From positions 333,438 to 397,437 of the forward strand of contig NW_003314347.1 of the NCBI RefSeq assembly GCF_000143415.4: DNA of 64,000 nt, given 5' to 3'. The notes under the pieces were generated by a model that saw only the letters and a list, made by a program, of their open reading frames with translations, ran no database searches and was not told the origin of the DNA. Below are positions 47,815-59,156 of the stretch, piece by piece (the stretch's first letter is position 1; every line of letters starts with the position of its first letter). Both the position numbers and the translations under genes were made by a program. This DNA is from Selaginella moellendorffii (lineage: Eukaryota > Plantae > Lycopodiophyta).

Positions 47815-49898
47815 GGTGAATTGCTAAACAATATTTCCTTTTGTGGTTATTTATTCCAAATTTTTTTCAGGTTTTCTCTATGACTAGCTTGATGGGATGT
47901 ATAGTTTACAATACAACTTTTTAGCAGCTGATAAAGAATTCCTGCTAAAAAAAAGGAAAAGCCAAAAGTGCAATGTTATATGGAAATAAGCTCCTTGAAA
48001 TTACTACCACTCTCTACATATCAGTGAGTATTTAAAGAGCAATGTTTTAATGCATAAAACATATCAAGTTTATTTATAAAAAATTTATGAGGTTGGATAA
48101 TGGTTTAAACATTCTTGCCAAACAAATTAAAGTAATGGTTATAATGTTTAACATAGTCATTGTCAGTTATGATGGTAAGTGTTTCATTATGCTTTTTGGT
48201 TGTGCTTTCTTGGATGTTAATGCTAAAGATGATAAATGTTTAAAATTGTTTTTAGTCCATGAATACAAAAAGGAGTGGAATGTATATAAACATACTAGGA
48301 TTACACTATAAAAGATGCCAAAAAAGTTAAATGTTAAAAGTGAAAGAGTGGAGTTATAACAAAATAAGCATGGAGATTCTAAATATTTTAAGTCTTCTTT
48401 TTTATTTTGCTAGCTTTAACTTTTTTAAATTCCTAAAAAAGCTAAAGCTAATTGGTAAGTCTTGATTTTGAAAATTCTAGCTCTTTGCAAGTTATCTTTT
48501 ATATTATTAAGTGTAGATAAATTTTTAAACATGTTTATGATTATAAATTTCAATTTGATCAATTGGATTTATAAATAAGAATAACACTACTATAAAGATG
48601 AGTAGAAGATTATTTATTTTGAATCTCTTTTATACCAAATGAATATTTCTAAAAAAATGTCTACATATTCTGTAATAAAAAATGAAATGATATGTGAAAT
48701 AAACACTTTTTAAAATATTTACACATTTTTGTAGCAATCCTTCTTTTTTAGCTTCACAAATGATTGTAGAAGTAGCATAAAGTGGTGACATCATTGAATC
48801 TCCTTGCCACTCTTTATAGTGGTAATTTACATAATGTTTCAAAATGGTTATTTTTATGTAGGCAATGCAAATATATTGAGTTCATTTATAAAGAATTTAT
48901 GGGGTCGAATAACAGTTTCAACATTATGTTCTATTATGGTTTTTAACAGTGCTTTTTTGGATATTAACTTGTTTTTATTAAAGGTAATAAAAGCCTAAAA
49001 TTATTTTTTGTTTGTGAATACAAGGAGGAATGGAATATATATAAGCAACCTAGGTAAATATGGATTAGGTAAAAATGGATAAAACTATTGGAAGGAGTTC
49101 CAACACAGAATTAAACATACTATAATCATACCAAAAAAAATGCTAATAAAGTTAAATGTTAAAAAAATAAGTACAGAGATTTATAAGTATTTTAATTTTT
49201 TTGAGTCATTTTTCTTACTTTAAATTTCTTATATTTCTGAAAAATCTGGAAGCTCATTAGTAAAGTCTTAGTCTTGAAAATTCTGGAAAATGTTATATTA
49301 CACAACGGTATGAAACAAAACTTGCTAATATAAAAGAAATAAAGGAATTATTACTTAATGCACTTGGGAGTCTTGAAAGGAGCTAAAGAAAAAAGGAAAA
49401 AGGATAAAAATTTAAAATTATTAATATAAAATAATCATAATTACAGATTATATATTATAATAAATAATAATTTTTGCAACTTAATTGTTTTCATGTTTTG
49501 CAAACCCACATTCAAGGCAACAACAACAACTATTTCAAGTCACATGGACCACAAAGGGCATTTTGAGGGACATGTACATAGCAAGGTGGCGGTGATGAAG
49601 GGGGATTTAGAGATAGTAGCAAATACTCTACTGAAAAGATACATGCCTTTATGTGACTTTGTAAATGCCTCTTGTATCTTATTGAAATTGTGAGTATGTC
49701 ATCCACAGTGCTTTCTTCTATCAAGCTTCCAGGAGAAACACCTGACCCTGGACATAATAGCATGTTGTTGTGTATGCTACTATCATGAACTTTCACCACC
49801 CATGTGAGGTTTTATCCAGTAACTCTCAGGGAAGGATATTTATTATCTTATGTAAATACACAATATTATTAACACTTAATTATCTGTGACAAAAAGAA

Positions 49899-49925
49899 TC
49901 CCGGGTTCAATTCCTGGCATCCCCA
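49899..49925 (+). pseudogene. 3' half of a tRNA (Ala-like) with B-box
   Basis: cccgggttcaattcctggcatcccca gives a T-arm and the 3' acceptor strand, followed by T-runs. The 5' half is absent. Confidence 0.5.
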
Positions 49926-49956
49926 TACGCTCTTTTATCTTTTTGATCTGTCCAAT

Positions 49957-51582
49957 ATGGATGAAAAGGAGGCTATGATCGCGCTGCGATGGGCTGAGAG
50001 GTGCGGTATACAAGACGCATCGCCGCTATACTCATCTCTCCTCCGCCAATGCTGCTCCTCGCGATCTCTCCGCCTGGGTAAGCTCATCCATTCGTCAGTC
50101 CAGCGAGCGGGGCTTGAAAGCGACACCTTTCTTGCAAATCTTCTCCTTCATATGTATACCGAGTGCGGAAGAATCCGCGATGCATGCTCCGTGTTTGATG
50201 CGATTGCCAGGAAGAATGTTTTCTCGGGAAACTTGATGATTGCGGGGTATGCCCGTGCAGGGCATCTGCGGGAAGCGAGGATGGTCTTTGAGGAAATGCC
50301 TCAGAAGAGCACAGTGTCGTGGAATTCGCTCATTGGAGCGTTTTCTCGGTCTGGACGACCGATGGAATCGCTGGTACTGTTTTGGACGATGAATCTGGAA
50401 GGTGTAAGGCCTAACAGTGTGACTTTCATGGCAGCGATCGAGGCTTGCACTTCAATGGAGGAGATTTCTCACGGCCGGTTCGTCCACGCTGTTGTTCTAA
50501 GCTGCGAGGGGGAGGCAAGCGTTGGAGTGATGAACGCGCTCATCAACATGTACGGGAAACACTCGAGAGTTTCCGAGGCGAGGAAGACTTTTGCCTCCAT
50601 TTGCAAGAGCCACCGGGATGTGATCTCGTGGAACAGCATGATTGCAGCCTACGCTCGAAACGGTCGTCTCCAGGAAGCCAAGGATACGTTTGACGCCATG
50701 GATCTCGATCGAAACACCGTGACTTGGAACACGATGATCGGTGGCTACGCACAAAGCGAATCCGCCGGAGCTGGTGCTTTGATCATGCTTGCCTTGATGG
50801 ACCAACAAGGAATCCATCCAAACGCGTGCACTTTCATCAGTGTTTTCGATGCTTGCGCTCGAATCTCCGCTCTTAGGCAAGGCCGACTCGTTCACTCTCT
50901 CTTGCTCGAGGGCCCCGGAGCGGAAGATCACTCGCAACACCACCTCGAAGTTGGAAACTCGATCATCCACATGTATGGGAGCTGCGGCTGCTCTGCGGGG
51001 GCGGAAGAAACTCTCCATCGGATGCAATCCCGGACCGTTGTCTCGTGGAGCTCTCTCGTCGCAGCTCACGTCCAGGCCGGAGATCTCTCGTCCGCTGTGA
51101 CAAGCTTCCACAAGATGGCCATGGATGGAGTCCTTCCCAACGAGGTGACCTTCCTGGCCCTTCTAAGTGCTCTCGGCCACTCGGGCGATGTGAAACGAGG
51201 CTGGAGTTTCTTCATCTCAATGCACCACGATTACGGATTGGTGTGGGGAATAGACCATCTCGTTTGCACCGTGGATCTGTTTGGGCGAGCTGGGCTGATC
51301 GAGCAGGCCGAGAGGATCGTTCTCAGCAGCTCCTTTGCCCGATCGCCCGTGCCATGGATGGCACTGCTGAGCGCTTGCAAGAGCAGCCGCAATCCAGGAA
51401 CCATAGAAAAATCCGGGACCGTCGCCAGAACAGCGCTGGAGCTCAACACCGCCAAGTCGTCGCCCTACGTCCTCGTCTCCAACGCGTTCTTGGACGATCT
51501 TTCGTACTTTCCCGGCGCCCGGACTTTACCGTACCAACCGCCACCGCCGGCGGCTCCGTTAGTTAAAACCCACCTCGGTTAG
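49957..51582 (+). CDS. PLS-class PPR protein (E-type), intronless
   Basis: Repeated VSWNS.I.A, NALINMYGK and PN.VTF motifs. The E-domain-like tail reads VDLFGRAG..W.ALLSACK..SSPYVLVSN. No DYW domain. Confidence 0.92.
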   Translation: MDEKEAMIALRWAERCGIQDASPLYSSLLRQCCSSRSLRLGKLIHSSVQRAGLESDTFLANLLLHMYTECGRIRDACSVFDAIARKNVFSGNLMIAGYARAGHLREARMVFEEMPQKSTVSWNSLIGAFSRSGRPMESLVLFWTMNLEGVRPNSVTFMAAIEACTSMEEISHGRFVHAVVLSCEGEASVGVMNALINMYGKHSRVSEARKTFASICKSHRDVISWNSMIAAYARNGRLQEAKDTFDAMDLDRNTVTWNTMIGGYAQSESAGAGALIMLALMDQQGIHPNACTFISVFDACARISALRQGRLVHSLLLEGPGAEDHSQHHLEVGNSIIHMYGSCGCSAGAEETLHRMQSRTVVSWSSLVAAHVQAGDLSSAVTSFHKMAMDGVLPNEVTFLALLSALGHSGDVKRGWSFFISMHHDYGLVWGIDHLVCTVDLFGRAGLIEQAERIVLSSSFARSPVPWMALLSACKSSRNPGTIEKSGTVARTALELNTAKSSPYVLVSNAFLDDLSYFPGARTLPYQPPPPAAPLVKTHLG

Positions 51583-51692
51583 TTTGACGAAGAACCATTT
51601 TCTAGGGCAGGGATTCTAGGGTTTGTGGCGGCCCAGCGGCAGCGGCAGCGCCATCGCGTGAGGAGCGATGCTCTTGGATTGCCTGCGTAGCA

Positions 51693-53785
51693 ATGGGTAG
51701 CTCGCAGCATCGGTGCGTCTTTGGTGAGTAGTGCGCCCGCGGCGGCCGTCGATTCTTTCACTCCTCCATTCTTCCATTTCGCCGTGAGCAGCGCCCTGAT
51801 TGGGGGTTTTTGTGGTGTGGCAGTCGGCAATATCCCTTACGACGCGACAGAGGAGCAGCTCATTCAAATCTGCGAGGAGGTCGGCCCAGTGGTTTCCTTT
51901 CGGTGCGTCAGAACTACACACACAGTGGTTTTTCATCCTCTTTTTTGTTGGAGATCCTACCGCTGTATACGCGACACTACTTCGTTTCAATATGACTTAT
52001 TGGTCTATTCTTGCGGTGTCTTGTTCTTCGCGTCCTTCGCGTTCTTCCTTCGCTCTTGGTTCTGTGTGTCTAGAGCGTGTGTACAGTGTTGCCTATGGAT
52101 TCAAAGACCACACTTGTGTTTTTCTTTCTTCTCTTTGATTGAGCCCAAGAAGAAAGCTTGCAGCTCTCTAGTGAAGCTTAGGATCTGACTTTGCGCGTCT
52201 TTGAGCTGGGAACTGATTGGAAGTTCTTTTTTCTCTCCAGATTGGTAACCGACAGGGAAACTGGCAAGCCAAAGGGCTATGGCTTTTGTGAGTTTAGGGA
52301 CGAGGAGACCGCGCTAAGCGCTCGACGCAACCTCTCCGGCTATGATCTAAACGGCCGCCAGCTCCGCGTCGATTTCGCCGAGAACGAGAAAGGCAGCGGC
52401 GGTGGCGGTGGTGGTGGTGGTGGCGGCGGCGGCGGCGATAGAAACAGGGACCAAGTAAGGAACTTTTCCCTTCGTCTCTCTGAGGAAAAAACTATGTTTT
52501 TGCTTACAGGGAAGGGGTGGCTCGGCAAACAATCCTGGTAAGATCTTATGATAATAAAAACGCGTCTTTTTTTGTTCTGATTCGTTTCGCGCAGGTGATG
52601 CTATAGGATTCTCAGCCGCTGCTGCTGCTGCCGGTGTTATGGCTGGAGCACTGGGCTCCCAGATCCCATTGATGGCCACTCAAGGTGGTCAAAACGGTGG
52701 TAACCTCCCTGGGAACGATGCTCTCACCAGCCATCTCGCAACCATGTCCAAGCAGCAACTTTACGAAACCATGGTTCAATTAAAGGTATGCTTTTTCCGC
52801 GTAGTATTGCTTGACGAACTGGCGGCTTTTGTGTTACAGCAACTCATTCAACATGACCAGCAGCAGGCTCGCCAGCTACTAATAACTCATCCTTCATTGA
52901 CAAAAGCTCTCTTCCAGGTTTTGTTTAAAGAGGCCCTGTCCTTCTTTCCTTTTTGAGACCTTTCGAGTCGTGAGCTGACATTCAGCTGTGTGTTGCAGGC
53001 CCAAATAATGCTGGGAATGGTCCGACTGCCGCAGTCGAGGCAGCCGCCGCTTCCTCCGGCCTCTGCTCCGCCGTCCACATTTATTCCTCCGGCGTACTCG
53101 CAGCAACCGGGTGGGATTCCTCAGCAGCCACCTTTGCCGCAGCAGCCCAGGCCTCCTCCAATGCCACCAATTGCTCCAGCTCAATCGATGAACTTCCAAG
53201 GTCCACCATTCGGGGTAAATGTTCTTCCTCCAGAAAGTCGTGTTCTTTTTTTTGGTGGAATATTGATCGTTCGTCTGTTATTTCCAGCATCAGCCTCAAT
53301 TTAGCATGGGTATGCCTTTCCAGTCTCAAGGCCAGCCGCCTTTACCACTTCAGCCCCCTCCACAACATTCTTTTCAGGTATTTGTTTCTCTTCGTAATCT
53401 GGCAAAAACAGAAAGAAAAAACGTTTTTTGTGTTGTGTTTTTCCAGCATCCAAGCATGAACATTGGCATGGGGTCCGCGCAAGGACGGGGCCCCGGCATG
53501 AACTTCCAGCAGCCTCCGTTTGGCATGGAAGGAGGTCCAGTTTACGGACAGATGCAAATGCAAGGGCCACCGCAGGTTAGATCGATGTTTTCTCTTCTCC
53601 TACAAGAAAAACTTACCAAAATCTCTCTTTTCTCATAGCCTCTTCCACTGGAGGTGGAGCAACAGCACCTCCTTCAACAGGTTATGAATCTAACACCGGA
53701 GCAGATCAACTCTCTCCCGCCGGATCAACGCCAACAGGTTGTCCAGTTACAGCAGGTGATCCAGCTCCAGCAGTCGATGCGGTAG
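51693..53785 (+). CDS. CSTF64: Cleavage stimulation factor 64 kDa subunit
   Basis: RRM (RCVF|[21 protein letters not shown]|[18 protein letters not shown]), hinge ([28 protein letters not shown]) and C-terminal [24 protein letters not shown]. Confidence 0.95.
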
Positions 53786-54123
53786 CACAGGTTTCTTTTT
53801 TTGTTTTCTCCCGGTAGAGGACACGTGACGGCCGGAACATTGCTCGAGATGATGTTTCATGGATGCCATTGAGCTCGTCCTGGAGGATGGAAAACCTTTG
53901 ATTCATAGGATCATTACATGGTAAAATTTACCAATAGGTACCATGTTGCGTTCTTCAAAGCACAACATTAAGGATTTACAATATGAAAAAGAGTGTGAGT
54001 GATGGATCGATTAATGGAGAAAAATTCTCTTATCCTTCAGATTGGATTGAGTTTTCAACTAAAAAAGGTAATGGTATGCCCCACAAACTATTTCGTTTGA
54101 AGGAGGACCATCCAAAGACGTTA

Positions 54124-55616
54124 TTATAGGGCTGTGTCAGCCTTACTACTGTTTTGCCACGTGGCGCCACCTGGCCAATAGTCGTCCGACGTAAGCACCT
54201 GGAGAAGAGTCAAACATTGTGGACCAGAAAAAGTCAACTAGCACCGACCTTAACTTGCAGCTGGAGGAACTTGACGTAATTGATGGCCTTCTCCAGCATC
54301 GTCACTAGATCAACCTGAGAAGAACGAAAAGATACTCTTAGAATCTTAAAAAATCTTTTGAAGATCCACACCTTTGTGCTGTTTGGAACGAGCTCTTGCA
54401 AGATCTTGAGCCTGTCACTGATCCTCTCCCGGCGATGCTGCGCAGCAAAAGCCTTGGATATCAAGCTTGTGTGAGCGTGTGTGTGTGAACTTACTCTAGC
54501 AGCGATGCTCTGGGGATCATTGGCGCTTCCCTGCCTGGCTCGAGGCTTGAAATTGGTGTTGAGCGCTGGAACCCGTGGTGCTTTGCCGCTGCTACTCGAG
54601 GCCGCGGCGATTTGCTGCAAGATGAGCTCATGATCGTGGGGAGTAGTTCTTCCTCCGTGGCTGATGTGAATGATAGGCTCTTGCGAGCCCAACGCCACCG
54701 CTGCATCAATCGCCCACGCTGGCGACGAAGACGACGATCCAATCTTCTTTTGCTGCTTGCTGGATGCCGCGTCGTGACGATCCTCCAGAGCTCTCCTCTT
54801 TCTCGGATTCCGGGGGCCGTCCACCACGGAAGATCTGTTGACGCTCTCGTTGGAAACACTTGTGCTGCTGGAGCTGGGCTTGGCTTTCTTGCCACTGATT
54901 ATTCCTTTGTCTCCTTGATCCGTGGAACAAGGAGTCATGATTCCGGGATGATTGCTTGTCACGAGCGCGTGATTGGTATCCACATTGTCGATTCTCCTGT
55001 TCGGATCGACGGCGTGGTGTAGTGTGGAGCTGGAGAAGGCTGCGAGGAAAGGGTCCTGGTAACCAGCCTCGTCGTAGAGAGTGGGACACGATGAGAGTGG
55101 TGTAGCCGCACTTGGAATCTCCAAGCATTGAGGGAACTGTTCGAGCACCGTGCTCGACTGGTGACTATGATGAGATGAGAAGCTCGTGAGAGGGAGCGAG
55201 AGGCCTGGTTCCAGATTCGAAGGGAAGAGCTCGAGCTGGGAAAAGTCGGTGGCACTGGGAGGAAATTCAACTGGCATGGCGGCGGCGCTGTTGCTGCTGC
55301 TGCTCTCGATTTGCCACGACCTCCATCTCAAGAAGTTGATCCACTCGTGGTCCGAGAGAAGGTTGATGGGGTGTGGATGATGCTGCTGGTGATGATCGAT
55401 GCCGAAATCCAGGAAATGGTTGCTTGACCCTCCGACCACATCCTGGTGTTGTGGCGGTGGTGAAGAGAAGCAAATCTCCGAGTCAAGGCTGCCCTCTCGG
55501 CTGGTGGAGCAGCTGCAGCTCGGATCAGGAACTTTGCAAATTCTCGTCTTGTGCTCGTCCTCAAATCCTGCTCGGGTGCAATGCTCGACCGCCCACGATG
55601 CTGCGGCCGTGGCCAT
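54124..55616 (-). CDS. RSL: Class I RSL (RHD6-like) bHLH transcription factor
   Basis: [25 protein letters not shown]|[22 protein letters not shown]|[22 protein letters not shown]|VLTSDDYWP, i.e. a bHLH followed by the RSL motif. Confidence 0.9.
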
Positions 55617-58600
55617 GATGATCGATCAGAGACAAAGAAAAGAACCCAAAAAAAAGAAGAACTTCTAATACTTTAGCCTGCAAATACCAGAAATCCCAAG
55701 CAAGAGCAATTGAGATAAATCAAATCTCGAACGGCAGCAAAGTTTCTTGCATGCACTGGTAAAGATCACGCAATCTATCAAGTTCTTGCTGAAGAAAGGA
55801 GAAGAATCTCAAAGAAGCCCAAGTGGCAAATTGCTGGTCCTAGAGTTTAGACACACACCACTACTCTGGAGCAAGATCAGCAGCTTATAACATACGTAGC
55901 TCACAGCGCAGTGAATCTAGAGCGAGGAGAGGAAAGGAGAAATGGCGTGCCCAGTGGCAGTGCTGTTCCACTCAATCAAAGCACACGGGAAGGAACTCAA
56001 AGGAGCTAGCCGGCATTGCCTTCGCGATGACAAGCAAGAACACTTAAACTCGCTGGCTGGGAAAATAAATTCTCCTGCTTTGTGGGGGCACACAAGTGAA
56101 ACGCGTGCAAGGAGTTGCAGTCTGCAGCCCTAACGCGCCCTTAAATCTGGACACACTTTGACAAAATGCCCACCCTGTTTCATTTCTTCTGTCACCCTTT
56201 CTTAGTTTTTCTTATGGTAAATTTACCCTCAAAACTGCTTCTTGGGTGTCATTGTTTTTGAGATCCATATGTTTGACGAGAAGAATTCTCGCGTTATAAA
56301 TCTCTGGGAGTTGAATCCATTGTGTGATGTCTCCTACCCACCAAATAACTTCCATCTTATGTATATTCTTTTGTAAATGTGGGATCATGTGGAATAATTG
56401 GGAACCCTAAATTAGACAACCGACATTTGCTTAGTGAATTAAGAGCAAAGTGCATGCACTCATGGTTAAAGATGTTTAAGACTATGTAAGACATGCTCAA
56501 CATGTTAGCAGCTCCAAACTTTAAATTGTTTACTCTTTGAATTCATCGACATTCCATTTCCATCGTGGTGACACAAAGTCCCTCCAAACTAGAAAGAGGG
56601 AATTTTGGGGCAAGGATCACTGCGGTGGAAGCGCAAGAGATCCAGATGGACAGCTAGGCAGGGAGATCACGCGCGCGAATCTTCTTCGTGGTCTCTTTGA
56701 GTGTGCACCATGAAGCGTTCTTCTTCTAATTTTAATCCAGATATGATATCAAAACGTTGCAATGCAAATACTAATTAACTTCTCTGATTTTTACCCAACA
56801 TTTGTCCAAACCGGCAAGACTGTGCCAGTCAACTTACCACGCATTTTATAAATCCAAACTTGCTGCAGTAGTAGTAATTGCAGCACTAAACCCAATGGGA
56901 GACAATGGTGAACTTGGAGTGATTGGTAAATCATACACACTTACACACAGAAGGAGCTCTCCGGTTTTCGAGAGTGTTTGAATTCGAGACCTCGAAGAAA
57001 CATCCCCCAAGAAGAGCGATCATTGATGAGTTGCTCAGAGCCTTGTTACGATCCGATCTCTCTTCAAAAGCAAACAACGTTGCTCTCTTCTTGTTTATGG
57101 ATGCCGAAGGGTCTTCCGATTCAACGAGAGGGAACATTATAAGATGAAAACTTGTGTGCCCACTGCTTGTTTCGCGCAAGAAGGTCACTGCTCATTAATT
57201 GCAATGTCTTGTTTACTCGGAGCTCTACGTGTTTACAGTACAGACAATGTTGTCTCGCTGCTAACAAGTCCACCCCTTCGTAATTTCTTCATGGCCATCA
57301 ATGCAAATGGCATAGAATATGAAACCATTCAAGCTGTTTGCCACTTAGCATCAACATCATCGACTCCGCGAAATTCACTTTACTAAACAGCTCGGTGGAA
57401 GGAGATGCCCCAATGTCAAAGCCATGGATAAGGCATCTTAATTCCATGGGTGAAAGGTGGCGAGCTTGTTGCAATGTTGCATGTGGTGCGTAATCCTTGC
57501 CTAGAGTCTGCACAGCAGAGGTGAGAAGCTACATTTTTCTACAAACCAAGCTTTGGCAAGTTGCAAATTGATCCCTGGTATCACTTTGTGATTGATAATC
57601 ATGATAATAATGATAATCATGTCCATTTGGGGGAGCTTAGCGAGCATTTAGCAGATGGCACATGTTGCAAGATGGATCTCCTGGAAAACAAACAATGCCC
57701 ACAAGGGGGATTTGGGTTTTCAAAGTGTTGTTTGTACGTGTACTTTCGATTCCGGGCACAATGAATCTGCCATGTAAGCCACAGAACAACAAGTTGCTCG
57801 GATCAGATAGAGCCAATCTCCAACTATTTTTTGCCCAAAATATCGTTCTTGGAAGGAACTGGAAGATCAAATTTTTATAGAAGATTGCGTTCACGAGCTC
57901 TACAAAAAATTTCCAATCCCCACGAAACAAATACGTGCACACATGCACGGAAAGGTAAGCTTCACGAGTTTGCGCAACGCTGACGTCACGACCTACCTGC
58001 GTACGGACACGGCATGTTTGGTGGCCGCGAGACACTGAGCGGGAATGCCGGCCGAGCCCGCCACGTGGACGTCTCATCGGCGTGTGCTCGCAAACGTGTG
58101 CGTGCGCACGTCTATACTTTCATTCCCCTGTACTTTTTTTCGCTTCTCACTCGGCCGGGGACGAAGGGGAGATTCCCACGATCTTCCAAAGGAACTGAGA
58201 TTGCTACAGTCGATAGAACGAACGAAGTGTAAACAAAGGCTATCATCCGTGAAGAACTAAACAATACCTCTTTCACCGCCGCTGAGAGGAGAAAACTAGA
58301 AAATTTCTGGCGATTGCTCGAGTGGTGGTATCTGCGAGAACACAATATCAAAGTGCGCGCACGTCAGGCAAGGAAAAGAGCTGACACAGCAAATGGAAGG
58401 AAGAAGAAGACTAGACAAAACATAAAAACCTCTCCCTCTCTCTCGAGTTCTATACTTACGTGACGATGGAAGGCGTGGTTGGCGCAGTGTAGGCCACACA
58501 AAAGAGCTGGAATATGCGGCTGCCACCGCAAATTCGCATGCTCCATTGTCCTGTACCGCCAGTGCTCTAAAAACGCAGGAAGAAGATCCTTCTCGCATGC

Positions 58601-59156
58601 CGCTCACAGTCATGGTGCTCTTAAACGCTGGTCTCTTGTCCCAACGCAGCTCCAGCAATTTAGCGCTGGATGGCTCACCCTTTTAGCCAAGAGCCGCGGT
58701 TTGGACCGTGTCCCAGGCTTGGAAGCAAAGATCCCAGAGGTTTTATCCTCCCCTCCTGCCAAAAAAGCCATGCTTGTGATCCGCGAGGTGTCGTGAAGGT
58801 TCTAGACAGAAGCTCACCTTGCATTAAGAGGCCGAGTTCGTCAATCCCTCCAAGTTGCAGAGAAGCTGTCCAAAACAAAACAGACTGCCACTAAAGTCAA
58901 GTTTAACCAGCCTTTAATGAGCGAGTTTTAACCGGACAGACATACCTCACCGACGGAGAGACGGACCCATGCGTTTGGATTGAACGGACCTGGAAGAAAC
59001 CATGGAAGTAAAAAAATTGCAAAAAAAAAAAAAAAACAAAAAAACAAGAAAATCTTAAAAAGTGACTCAACCTGTTTTGGTATGTCCAAGCCCATCCCTC
59101 GACCTGGCAGTAACGAAGAAGAAAAACAAAAACGTATCAGCGAGAGCAAAAAGATC

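Noticed and set aside
58112-58130. miR166-like sequence (ttcattcccc)
   Set aside because: Only the 3' ten bases match, and I see no foldback partner.
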